Assembly (NCBI GenBank): GCA_963638635.1
Contig: CAVHSB010000001.1
Coordinates: 7,126-35,797, forward strand
DNA from: Flexilinea sp.
GTDB lineage: Bacteria; Spirochaetota; Spirochaetia; Sphaerochaetales; Sphaerochaetaceae
DNA length: 28,672 bases
Reading direction: 5' to 3'
The position numbers and the translations under genes were made by a program. Below the pieces are notes generated by a model that searched no databases, had not been told where the DNA came from, and saw only the letters and a program-made list of their open reading frames with translations. Shown here one piece after another: positions 17,103 to 26,559 of the stretch (its first letter is position 1; each line of letters opens with the position of its first letter).

Positions 17103-18008
17103 TGCGGCTATCACCTTAGATACTAAGAGCGCATCCTCAGCCTTTGACTCTAGCTCAGAGCCTGAGAACATTGATTTAAGAAAGCTTCCATAGAAGGAGG
17201 AGAGAAGATTGCTCTTCTCCTTTAGCTCCACCTCTCCTATTCCATCTACGTATCCAGAGAGAACTCCATTTTCATAATAAAGAGTGCCCTTTTCCCCATA
17301 AAGATCAACAGAGAAGGATGATTTTCTATATGCACTCGATATTAGCTCAAAGCTGCCAAGTGCCCCGCTCTGAAACCTGAATATAGCATTTATAGCATCA
17401 TCGTAGTCTGAATGCTTTATGATATTTGAAGCTACTGATGATAGGCTTTGAGGCTTTCCGCCTAAATAGAGAAGCACATCCAAAGGCTCATAGCCTTCTC
17501 TGTATAAAGGAGAAAGCGACTCTCTTTCTGATTTATAAGCACTCTCTGTCTTATTGTAGATATAGCTCACAGATAGTTTTATTATCTTGCCTATATCAAC
17601 ACTCTTCATAAAGCTTATGCACTCAGAAAATCTATGTCTTACTACAGGTATTATAGGAACACACTCATCCTGAGAAATCGAAATAAGCTCCTTAATAGCA
17701 TTAGGATTATCAGAAAGAGGTGTCTCAGCAATTACTGGACGTCCAGATTTCAAAGCAAGCTTAATAGCCTCAGCTCTCTCAGCTAGGGCTGTAATTGCGA
17801 CAATGCCATCAATATCGCCATCGTCAAGCATATACTCAATCTCTTCATAGCTCTTGATTGCACTATGCCGAGATGAGAACTCCTTAGCCCTTGCTATCCT
17901 ATGGCTTCTGACTGCAGCAAGCGATAAGCCATCAACAGAGCCTATAGCTACAGCATGGCGCTCCGAGAGTGCACCGGCTCCGATTATGCCAAGAGAGAGC
18001 TCACTCAT
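17088..18008 (-). CDS. Gfo/Idh/MocA family oxidoreductase-like protein (divergent)
   Basis: GIIGAG Rossmann motif, ALKSGRPVIAETPL (EKP position), DD......F.SGALG and YGEKGTL. Confidence 0.8.
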   Translation of the reverse strand: MSELSLGIIGAGALSERHAVAIGSVDGLSLAAVRSHRIARAKEFSSRHSAIKSYEEIEYMLDDGDIDGIVAITALAERAEAIKLALKSGRPVIAETPLSDNPNAIKELISISQDECVPIIPVVRHRFSECISFMKSVDIGKIIKLSVSYIYNKTESAYKSERESLSPLYREGYEPLDVLLYLGGKPQSLSSVASNIIKHSDYDDAINAIFRFQSGALGSFELISSAYRKSSFSVDLYGEKGTLYYENGVLSGYVDGIGEVELKEKSNLLSSFYGSFLKSMFSGSELESKAEDALLVSKVIAALHVN

Positions 18009-18456
18009 TGACTTCCTTTAGCTCCTCTATGATATCTAGGCTATCTAGAAGAGTATCTGAAAGGATCTGGAATATAGCACTCTCATCCTTAGCTGTAATA
18101 AGACCTAAATCCTCCTTTCTTCCATCTCCATATGCAACAATATGGGATGGTGTGAAAAAGCCCTTGGTGCCATAGTCATTCTGAAGCGTCTTAACGCTCT
18201 CACCGAGGAATGATGCCAAATCTCTCAGATCCTCATGCTCTACAGAGACACAATAGATATATTCACCGTTATATAGCGCTGCAAGCGAATACTCAATTGA
18301 TACGATGCTTGTATCTGAAAGACACTTAGGCATTCTCATGAATCTGACATCTAGCCCTTCAGCGCTGTAGCGCTTTACTGCATAGCTATTTGGATCTGCA
18401 GCATTAGGAAGTGCTGCCTTATCTATCTCGTCAGCAAGACGTTTATCTATAATCAT
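18001..18456 (-). CDS. Hypothetical protein
   Basis: 151-aa ORF overlapping both neighbours in an operon, with SD GGAGAG; no recognised motif. Confidence 0.75.
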   Translation of the reverse strand: MIIDKRLADEIDKAALPNAADPNSYAVKRYSAEGLDVRFMRMPKCLSDTSIVSIEYSLAALYNGEYIYCVSVEHEDLRDLASFLGESVKTLQNDYGTKGFFTPSHIVAYGDGRKEDLGLITAKDESAIFQILSDTLLDSLDIIEELKEVNE

Positions 18457-19709
18457 GTTCTCTCCAATAAATTCTCTAGGGTAAGCTCCTTAAAGGGCTC
18501 CTCTCCGCCCTTGAAGAACTCCATTGCAACTGCCTCACCTAGAGTATCGACTTCAGATGTTACCTCATCTGCACCATATAATACAGCAAGCACCTCAGTA
18601 AGCTTTATCTGATCAAGCGGTTTTGCAGGCACAAACAGCGTTGCCTGCGTATTGCACGATATTATGAACCCAGCCTCTTCAAAATCATTAAGATACGATG
18701 CTAGTCTGCTCATAGGGATTATCGCCTTTCTTGAAAGCTCCTTTGAGGATGTAGGGCCTTGAGCCTTATTGAACCTATCAGCAATAAGCAATAGCACATT
18801 TATAGCCTCAACCAGGATTTTACCTGGAAGCTGAGGACGTCCAAGAAGAGTATTTCTATCTGGCCTGAATTGATGTATGTAGCATATTTCAGCAATGCAA
18901 ATGACTATGTACCAGAATATATATAGATACAATAGCGCAAAGAAGAAGGATGCAAGAGATCCATATATTACAGAGTGCATTACAGAGGTAACGATTACAG
19001 TCTTGAATATATGTGAAGATATAATCATCGCAATAGTTCCTGTAATTGCAGCAACATTAGCAGAGGAGAATTTGACCTTAGCATTAGGAATTGCCTTAAG
19101 AACAACTAAAAAGAGAATATATAATAGTGCCCAAGGAATTATTCTATTATTGATTCTTTGCATGAAGGTAGTATCAATACCAGTAAGCTTGGCATTTACC
19201 TGGTTTTGCATATTATAGCTGAATGCAAATAGCAAGGCTGCAACGAAGCCGAAGACTATAAGGAACATGAGAATCATCGAGAATCTCTTCATCATTCCAG
19301 ATCTTGGTCTTGTTCTGAATATCTGGTTTATTACGGCATATATCTTATTAACAAGGAACATACCGGTAATCATGAATGATACTATGCCAAATATTCCAAG
19401 AGTCATCGCATTAGACGAATAGCCGCTTATCATTGTCACTAGTGAGTGCGATAGCTCAGTTCCAAGTGCATCAGAGAATATACGCTCTAGGAGCATAAGA
19501 AAAGGCTGCAGAACACCAAAGGATGAGAAGAATACGAATAAGAATGTAATGCAAGGCACTACCGCAATAAGGGATGAGTATACTAAACCGGATGATAGTA
19601 TAGTGACGTTATCATTGCCTATGCTTCTGAGTACTGACTTTATTACCTGCCAGTAATCAATCCACCAAAGCGCAAAGCGGTGCATTAATGGCGCTTTATT
19701 TTCTTTCAT
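18453..19709 (-). CDS. YihY/BrkB family membrane protein with a C-terminal wHTH (Rrf2-like) domain
   Basis: LVYSSLIAVVP, INQIFR, IPNAKV and IYGSLA; soluble tail with FVPAKPLDQIKL. Confidence 0.88.
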   Translation of the reverse strand: MKENKAPLMHRFALWWIDYWQVIKSVLRSIGNDNVTILSSGLVYSSLIAVVPCITFLFVFFSSFGVLQPFLMLLERIFSDALGTELSHSLVTMISGYSSNAMTLGIFGIVSFMITGMFLVNKIYAVINQIFRTRPRSGMMKRFSMILMFLIVFGFVAALLFAFSYNMQNQVNAKLTGIDTTFMQRINNRIIPWALLYILFLVVLKAIPNAKVKFSSANVAAITGTIAMIISSHIFKTVIVTSVMHSVIYGSLASFFFALLYLYIFWYIVICIAEICYIHQFRPDRNTLLGRPQLPGKILVEAINVLLLIADRFNKAQGPTSSKELSRKAIIPMSRLASYLNDFEEAGFIISCNTQATLFVPAKPLDQIKLTEVLAVLYGADEVTSEVDTLGEAVAMEFFKGGEEPFKELTLENLLERT

Positions 19710-20613
19710 CTAGAAATTCCTTGTAGAAGGATGAAACCTTAGAGATGACATCACCTCTCATTCTATCATTCAAAATCTCATGTCTTCCATCCTTGATTAA
19801 GCTTAGGCGCACATCCTTGATACCAAGCCTCTTATAGCGCTCATAGCTCTCCCTGACGCCCTTTGAGTAGCCGCCGACTGGATCCATGTCTCCAGATATC
19901 AGCATAATAGGAAGCTCCTTTCTGATTGAGGCTGCAAGCTTTTCATCATTTGCAGTAAAGGAGCCGGTAATAAGATCCCTGTAGAATGAAGTAGAGCAAA
20001 TGAAACCACACTCTGGATCCTTTATGTACTTCTCAACCTCTTTTCTATCACTGGAAAGCCATGCAAACTCCCCTTCTCCCTTAAATCTCTTGTTATAGCC
20101 TCCAAAGGCAAGTTTATCTAGAAGAGGATCCTTTTCTTTAGCACCCTTCTTTTTGATATGCATAGCTGCAAGCCTAAGACCAATCCTTCCAAGAATCCCC
20201 TGAGAGCCACCGGTACCGCATATTACAGCAGCATCATAGGACTCGCTATGAAGTGCGATATTAGTTCTTGTCAGGAATGAGCCCATAGAGTGTCCGAAGA
20301 TGAAATGAGGAATATCTGGATATTCTTCCTTGATAAGCATATCGAGAGCAAAGCTATCATTACATATTCTCATCCAGCCATCACTATCTGCAAAATATCC
20401 ATAGCAGCCATCTGCGTTCTTTCCATGGCCTCTATGATCCTGAGCATAGACAGCAAAGCCATCCTTATTCATAGCCTTAGCAAACTCATCATAGCGTTTG
20501 CTATGCTCTGCCATACCATGATTGATATGTATAGTCGCTACAGGCTTCTCAACGCTCCATACTCTATAAAAAAGCTTCTTGCCATCATCTGTTGTCAAAT
20601 ATCTCTCTTCCAT
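19696..20613 (-). CDS. Alpha/beta hydrolase (lysophospholipase / Hydrolase_4 family)
   Basis: HGMAEH..RY, DHRGHG, GHSMG nucleophile, GDMDPV and RHEILND. Confidence 0.92.
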   Translation of the reverse strand: MEERYLTTDDGKKLFYRVWSVEKPVATIHINHGMAEHSKRYDEFAKAMNKDGFAVYAQDHRGHGKNADGCYGYFADSDGWMRICNDSFALDMLIKEEYPDIPHFIFGHSMGSFLTRTNIALHSESYDAAVICGTGGSQGILGRIGLRLAAMHIKKKGAKEKDPLLDKLAFGGYNKRFKGEGEFAWLSSDRKEVEKYIKDPECGFICSTSFYRDLITGSFTANDEKLAASIRKELPIMLISGDMDPVGGYSKGVRESYERYKRLGIKDVRLSLIKDGRHEILNDRMRGDVISKVSSFYKEFLDERK

Positions 20614-20724
20614 CTTATCTCCAGGAATAATTAACGCTTTATATAATCATAGGTTACGAAACCTAAGCATTAGTTTAATAGATTTTTGGTGTATTTAAAA
20701 TATTTCAAATATATAATCCTGTCT

Positions 20725-21225
20725 ATGGACAGAATGCTTATCATAACATCAGACATCCATGGGGATGCTATTGGTGTCAATCTTATTAAGAAAGCTGCAG
20801 AGAAATACAGCTGTCAAGATATTCTATCAGCAGGAGATCAATGCCCTGATTCCTTTGATCCATTCTATAGGAATCTTATAGCAGTAAGAGGCAACTCAGA
20901 CAGATTCTATGAATATGAGGATATCCAATTTCCACCGCTATACAGAAAGCTCGCCTACTTTGGTAAGACTATCTATATGACACATGGAGATATATATTCC
21001 TACAACGACTTCGACTTAAGGAGCGGGGATATCTTCATATCAGGACACACTCATGTTCCACTTCTTATGGAAAAGAATGGAATCTACTTACTCAATCCAG
21101 GATCCCCATCCCGCCCAAGATCCTCATTAGGGCCTACAGCTATACTCTTAGATAAAGACTTTGCACGCTTAATATCTCTATTGGACTTCAGCCAAATCTC
21201 AGCCTTAAGCATCTCCTCATTATAG
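20725..21225 (+). CDS. YfcE-family metallophosphoesterase
   Basis: SDIHG, AGD, VRGNSD, THG, SGHTH and NPGS..RPR. ATG at 20725 lies 7 nt after TATAAT (20712-20717). Confidence 0.9.
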   Translation: MDRMLIITSDIHGDAIGVNLIKKAAEKYSCQDILSAGDQCPDSFDPFYRNLIAVRGNSDRFYEYEDIQFPPLYRKLAYFGKTIYMTHGDIYSYNDFDLRSGDIFISGHTHVPLLMEKNGIYLLNPGSPSRPRSSLGPTAILLDKDFARLISLLDFSQISALSISSL

Positions 21226-22691
21226 GCTGATAGCAATCTTACAGGAGATACTGTTCTGAAGGATAATGTGCTTACTCCGTTCTCTCTGAAGTGCTCTGGA
21301 ATGTAATGATTATCACCTTCTAAAGCCTTAAAGATAGGAAGTCCTATCCTAAATAGCTCTTTTGAGTTAATTCCAAATGGCTTATAGGTCCTCATGAACA
21401 CTCTTGCTAGTATTGGATTATGATAAGCAAGCTCTGGAATATATTCAGAGAAGGCTGATGAGGCAAGTGGAGAATAGCCTAAGGATATTAGCGCTAGAGA
21501 ATATACAGCATCATATAGTGCGAAGATAGTCGAACAGCGTTCATCCATTTCACGCTTTGGTCTTATCAAGGATATATATAGCTCTAAATCAATTCCAAGA
21601 AGCGACATTAAAGCTTCCCCATATTGTCCCCTAATATCATAAAGGAATGGCTGGTTATATCCATTCTTATATGCATTTTGAAATGCTCTAAGACCATCCT
21701 TATATCTAAGTCCAGCATCCCTTACAGAGCCTATTCTATGAATTAGGGATACTATCTCGTCTACAGATCTGTCCTTAAGGCCAAGCCAATGCATGTCATC
21801 ATCCTTTAAGCTCAATACATAGGCAAGGACTGCGCCGAGGTGTACGCTATCAAGCCCCTCCTCTAAAGCTGCTCTATATAGCTTCAAAACAGCATCAAGC
21901 GAGAATATTCCAAGATTTGTACCAAGAGCTAGGAGATCCTTCCAGGATGGAAGAGGCTCAGAAGCCATACTATCAAGCAGGCTCTTTCCATCGAGGTGGT
22001 AAGCTCTAGGATCAAAGCGTCTACTATAGTACCCTACAGGTGTCCATCCAAGGCGAAGCGCATCAGAGATTATAGTGGCAGAGCCCTCACTTATTATTCT
22101 CCTATAAAGCTTTGACTTCTCTATTCTCTTATCAGGTGCTGACGCTATATCACTCAATTCTTCAATTGAGAATATCATGCCCTTGAGATTCTTCTGATAG
22201 AATACATTGCCAAGTCCCTCTCCATATATGTTCTCACCCTCATATTGCAAGGAAGCAAAAACAACTCCATTATCTCCTGCTGGGCCTGTTGCAAGTGCAA
22301 CATCATATGGATTCTTCTTGAGTATCTCACCAAAGCGCAGGGAGCTTCTTCCCCTGAGACTCTCACTTGGAAAGATTTCTACGCTATTCCTATCAAGAGT
22401 TATATATGAAAGCTTACGAGACAAATTCTTAATCAAAATCACATCATAGGAAGCGCTAGAGAAGAACTCCTTCAATGGCAGTCTTGCATGAGCTATAGCA
22501 AGCTTAGAGCTTATTGGAGATGTGTATATGAAAGCTATCTCCTGTGCTCTCTTGTCAGCTGATGGAGCTACAATAAAGAGTGCATTCTTATCCTTTTCCA
22601 GATAACTAATGGCATATGAAAAGGCAGAGAGATCTGTGACATCCTCTGTTTTCTTCTCATTGTTTTCTAGATTTATAGACAAAATGCGCAT
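21084..22691 (-). CDS. Aldehyde:ferredoxin oxidoreductase-like protein lacking the Fe-S cysteines
   Basis: RILSINL, YTSP, YDVILI, GPAGDN.V.FA, GLG.VF..KNLKG, ALGTNLGI, GLDS, YDIRG. ATG at 22691 lies 6 nt after TATAAT. Confidence 0.72.
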   Translation of the reverse strand: MRILSINLENNEKKTEDVTDLSAFSYAISYLEKDKNALFIVAPSADKRAQEIAFIYTSPISSKLAIAHARLPLKEFFSSASYDVILIKNLSRKLSYITLDRNSVEIFPSESLRGRSSLRFGEILKKNPYDVALATGPAGDNGVVFASLQYEGENIYGEGLGNVFYQKNLKGMIFSIEELSDIASAPDKRIEKSKLYRRIISEGSATIISDALRLGWTPVGYYSRRFDPRAYHLDGKSLLDSMASEPLPSWKDLLALGTNLGIFSLDAVLKLYRAALEEGLDSVHLGAVLAYVLSLKDDDMHWLGLKDRSVDEIVSLIHRIGSVRDAGLRYKDGLRAFQNAYKNGYNQPFLYDIRGQYGEALMSLLGIDLELYISLIRPKREMDERCSTIFALYDAVYSLALISLGYSPLASSAFSEYIPELAYHNPILARVFMRTYKPFGINSKELFRIGLPIFKALEGDNHYIPEHFRENGVSTLSFRTVSPVRLLSAYNEEMLKAEIWLKSNRDIKRAKSLSKSIAVGPNEDLGRDGDPGLSK

Positions 22692-22774
22692 GGTGTGATT
22701 ATATCGCAAATAATATCGCTGTACTAGAGAAGATATTTCTTCAGTTTTTCAATCCAACCAATTATATTTTGATT

Positions 22775-24427
22775 ATGAATAAGAAACATATTGTTCTTAA
22801 TGGTAAGCATATTGAGACAGAAGAGACCATCCTTCTAGACCTATTCAAGGATGAGGCAAGGCTTCCTTATAAAGAGAATCCAGTAGTAGCTGCGACAGTC
22901 AATGGCGTCGTCATATCACTAAAAAAAGAGATAAAGGACAACTCTGAAATAAAGCCAATAAGGCTATTCTCACCCTTTGGCAAGAGAGTATACAGAAAGA
23001 GCCTATGCATGCTGCTTCAAACCGCATCAGCAGCCCTCTATAAGGATAAGACTCTCGTAATAGGCCATAGCCTTGGAGATGGCTTCTACTTCTCATATAG
23101 AGACCACTTCAAGGCAGATGTCAAAGCACTTGAAGAGAGGATGAGAGCGATTATCAATCAAAATAAAGAGATTGATCTCATAAGCCTAAGCTCTGAGGAG
23201 GCTATAAGGTATACAGAGGAACATAATCTCATTGAGACCAAAAAGCTTTTAGAGACTGAGGGAGAGAGCGAATACAGCTTCTACTCTCTTGACGGAATGC
23301 TTTCTGTAGACTATGAGCCTATGCTGCCCTATTCGAAGACAATCGAGATATGGGAGCTTAGAGAGTATGAGGATGGACTGCTGCTGAGATACCCACAGGC
23401 CAGAAGCTCAGACAGAATACGACAATTTACAGATAATCCACTTCTATTCTCAGTCTTCAAGGAGAACAAGAGAATAGCAGAGAATATAGGCCTAGAGTCT
23501 CTTGGTGCACTTAATATGATCACAAGAGATGGAAAGATAGATGAGGCTATAACGATATCTGAGGCATTGATGCATAGAAGGATATCGAATATAGCAGATG
23601 ATATCGCGAAGAGAAGGAATATAAAGCTTGTAACGATCTCAGGCCCCTCATCATCGGGTAAGACTACCTTCTCGCTAAAGCTCTCAATGGAGCTTAAGGC
23701 ACTTGGATTTGATCCTATAAAGATAAGCCTAGACGACTACTACCATACAACTAGTAGCATTCCGCTAGATGAGGATGGGAAGAGAGACTATGAGGTTCTT
23801 GAGGCTCTCAATCTAGAGCTGTTTAGAGAGCAGATAGAAGAGCTCTTAAAAGGAAAGGATGTACATCTTGCATCCTTCTCCTTCAAAGAGAGCAAAACAT
23901 CCTATAGAGAGAAGGCAATACATCTCGAAAATAATTCAATTATTGTAATTGAGGGTATTCATGGCCTCAATCCTGGACTCTTCTCAGAAATAGATGATGA
24001 GCTTACATACAGAATATACATATCTGCACTCACGCAGCTTAATCTTGATTCAAGATCAAGAATATCCACAACAGACAATAGAATGCTCAGACGCATGATA
24101 AGAGACGCAAGGACACGAGGCACTAGCGCAACTGAGACGCTAAAGATGTGGCCTAGCGTAGAGCGTGGTGAGAAGAATCACATATTCCCTTACCAGAATA
24201 ATGCTGATGCTATGATAAACAGCGCACTCGAGTATGAGCTTGGAGTACTCGCACTATATGCGATACCGTTGCTTAAATCAGTAAAAAAGGAGAGCGGCGA
24301 AGCATTTACAACTGCTCAGCGACTGCTCTCCTTCCTATCGCTTATCTATCCGATCTCTCCAGAAAGCGTTCCTAAGGACTCTATTCTAAGGGAGTTCATC
24401 GGAGGCTCAGTATTCTCTGTTACCTAA
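22775..24427 (+). CDS. Uridine kinase/phosphoribulokinase-family nucleoside kinase with a ThrRS-like N-terminal region
   Basis: G.RVYRKSL, HSLGDG, Walker A GPSSSGKTT, SLDDY, EGIHGLN, RR.IRD...RG, NSALEYEL and LREFIGGS. Confidence 0.9.
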   Translation: MNKKHIVLNGKHIETEETILLDLFKDEARLPYKENPVVAATVNGVVISLKKEIKDNSEIKPIRLFSPFGKRVYRKSLCMLLQTASAALYKDKTLVIGHSLGDGFYFSYRDHFKADVKALEERMRAIINQNKEIDLISLSSEEAIRYTEEHNLIETKKLLETEGESEYSFYSLDGMLSVDYEPMLPYSKTIEIWELREYEDGLLLRYPQARSSDRIRQFTDNPLLFSVFKENKRIAENIGLESLGALNMITRDGKIDEAITISEALMHRRISNIADDIAKRRNIKLVTISGPSSSGKTTFSLKLSMELKALGFDPIKISLDDYYHTTSSIPLDEDGKRDYEVLEALNLELFREQIEELLKGKDVHLASFSFKESKTSYREKAIHLENNSIIVIEGIHGLNPGLFSEIDDELTYRIYISALTQLNLDSRSRISTTDNRMLRRMIRDARTRGTSATETLKMWPSVERGEKNHIFPYQNNADAMINSALEYELGVLALYAIPLLKSVKKESGEAFTTAQRLLSFLSLIYPISPESVPKDSILREFIGGSVFSVT

Positions 24428-24743
24428 GCGATGTATTATCGATAAGGATTCCGTAATCCAATAGGAAATCGGGATCCTTCTTCAGCATTGCAAGAAGCCT
24501 TCTGGCACTGCCACCTGGAGTATTAGTACCAGCCTCCCAGGCTTCAACTGTTTTGGAGCTAACACCAAGAAGCTCAGCAAATACCCTCACTGATAGAGAG
24601 AGCGAGGCTCTGAGCTTCTTTATAGCCTCAGCATCAAAGTCAGAGAGCTCAGCGCTTTTAAGATATCTATTGCGTACTGTGATCACACCTCTTCTTTTAG
24701 GATAGAGGGCATCCTTTATTGCATCTCTGTACTGTCCTGCCAT
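24420..24743 (-). CDS. XRE-family HTH protein (YiaG/HigA-like)
   Basis: IKKLRASLSLS...FAELLGVSSKTVEAWEAG...P.GSARRLL. Confidence 0.88.
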   Translation of the reverse strand: MAGQYRDAIKDALYPKRRGVITVRNRYLKSAELSDFDAEAIKKLRASLSLSVRVFAELLGVSSKTVEAWEAGTNTPGGSARRLLAMLKKDPDFLLDYGILIDNTSLR

Positions 24744-24745
24744 TT

Positions 24746-25363
24746 TTATTGCTTCCCATAAATATGAAGATATTCTTCAATAAGTCCGATGAGCTTTCCC
24801 TGACACTTACCACATCCAGTACCAGCTCCTGTAAGCCTCTTTAGATCATCAAGGGACTTAACCTGATCTGTCTTTACAAGCTCCTCAATAGCCTGATCTG
24901 TTACGCCCTTGCACTCGCATACGATCTTTGCCATGCTCTTCTTGTATGGATTATCCATATGATTCTTCTCAAGATAATCATCAATAGCAGCTCTGAGAGC
25001 CTTATCTCCAAGAACAGAGCAATGGAACTTATGCTCAGGAAGACCGCCGAGAGCATCAGTAATCATATTAGGAGTTATGGCATAAGCATCCTTAAGGCTC
25101 ATGCCCTTTACAAGCTCACTCATCATCGAGGTTGATGCAATAGCAGATGCACAGCCATATGTGAGCCACCTTATATCGCTTACCTTGCCATCAGAGACCT
25201 TAATACCTACTCTCATCTGATCGCCACATGCAAGAGATCCTACCTCTCCTACTCCATCTGGCTCAAAATCCTCATTCTCCTTCCAGAGATTTCTTGGATT
25301 GATGAAATGATCCTTAACTGTATCAGTATAGACCCATTGGGCCATAAAACTAGAATTTGCCAT
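24746..25363 (-). CDS. nifU: Fe-S scaffold NifU/IscU with a C-terminal BFD-like [2Fe-2S] domain
   Basis: DHFINPRN, CGD, GCASAIASTS, K.HCS and CEC...GTGCGKC. ATG at 25363 follows SD AAGGAAGG. Confidence 0.92.
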   Translation of the reverse strand: MANSSFMAQWVYTDTVKDHFINPRNLWKENEDFEPDGVGEVGSLACGDQMRVGIKVSDGKVSDIRWLTYGCASAIASTSMMSELVKGMSLKDAYAITPNMITDALGGLPEHKFHCSVLGDKALRAAIDDYLEKNHMDNPYKKSMAKIVCECKGVTDQAIEELVKTDQVKSLDDLKRLTGAGTGCGKCQGKLIGLIEEYLHIYGKQ

Positions 25364-25365
25364 AT

Positions 25366-26541
25366 TCACGCCTTCCTTGTGCTCATGCTTCTTATTCTAT
25401 CGATAATAGGAGGGAGCTTCTCAAGAACATAATCAACATCCTCTTCTGTATTATAGCGTCCAAAGGAGAATCTTATAGAGCCGTGTGCAAGCTCTACATC
25501 AAGACCTGCGGCTAGCAATACATAGCTTGGCTCAAGTGAGCCTGATGCGCATGCAGAGCCTGTAGATACCTCAATGCCCTCTAAGTCGAGATACAGCAGG
25601 ATAGACTCACCCTCTGCAGATGGGAATGATATATTAAGAGTTCCTGGAAGACAGAGTGACTCATCGTTTGTACCATTTACTACAACGTTTGGAACTCTCT
25701 CCTCAATACCCTTTCTGAGCAGCTCTCTTAGGTGCCATAGCTTATCGTGCTCTTCTTTAAGATTCAATCTCGCAAGCTCTGCAGCCTTACCTATGCCGAT
25801 TATTGCCTGAGTATTATAGGTTCCTGCTCTCATACCCTTCTCCTGGTGCCCACCATGTACAAATGGAGTAAGAGGAGCCGTGCGTCTTCTATATAATACG
25901 CCAACACCCTTAGGGCCATAGAACTTATGGCCAGAGCATGAGAGATAATCCGCATCGATATCCTTTACAGATACCTTGATCTTGCCGATTGCCTGAGTTG
26001 CATCTGTATGAAAATAAGCACCAACGCTATGAGCAAGCCTTGCAGCCTCCTTAACTGGCTGAATTGCTCCGCTTTCGTTGTTGCCTGTCATTACTGATAC
26101 AAGAGCAACATCGCGTCCAAGCATTCTCTCAAGCTCATCAAGCTTCAGAATGCCTCTCTTATCAACAGGTGCGAATTCAACCTTATACCCCTTCTTATTG
26201 AGATACTTAGCAGTCTCAATTGAAGCAGGATGCTCAACTGTTGTGATTATTATTCTGTTTCTATCAGAGCCCTCGTCAATTCTGTCTCTGAATATATTGA
26301 AGACAGTATTGTTAGCTTCTGAAGCACCAGAGAGGAAGTAAATCTCATCTGGATCCGAATCTATAAGCTTAGCTACCTCACCTCTTGCCCATTCAATGCC
26401 GATTTCAGCATCGCGTCCAAGAGCGTGCATGGATGAAGCATTACCATAGAGATCACTGTTCTCACTCATGATCTCTTTTACTTCAGCTGCCATGGCGGTA
26501 GTAGCATTGTTGTCTAGATAGACAAAGCGTTTGCTATCCAT
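25366..26541 (-). CDS. nifS: Cysteine desulfurase (NifS/IscS type)
   Basis: YLDNNATT, GNASS.H, HTDATQ, SGHKFYGPKG (PLP Lys), STGSAC (catalytic Cys). ATG at 26541 follows SD GAGG. Confidence 0.95.
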   Translation of the reverse strand: MDSKRFVYLDNNATTAMAAEVKEIMSENSDLYGNASSMHALGRDAEIGIEWARGEVAKLIDSDPDEIYFLSGASEANNTVFNIFRDRIDEGSDRNRIIITTVEHPASIETAKYLNKKGYKVEFAPVDKRGILKLDELERMLGRDVALVSVMTGNNESGAIQPVKEAARLAHSVGAYFHTDATQAIGKIKVSVKDIDADYLSCSGHKFYGPKGVGVLYRRRTAPLTPFVHGGHQEKGMRAGTYNTQAIIGIGKAAELARLNLKEEHDKLWHLRELLRKGIEERVPNVVVNGTNDESLCLPGTLNISFPSAEGESILLYLDLEGIEVSTGSACASGSLEPSYVLLAAGLDVELAHGSIRFSFGRYNTEEDVDYVLEKLPPIIDRIRSMSTRKA

Positions 26542-26559
26542 ATATAAACCTCTACGATA

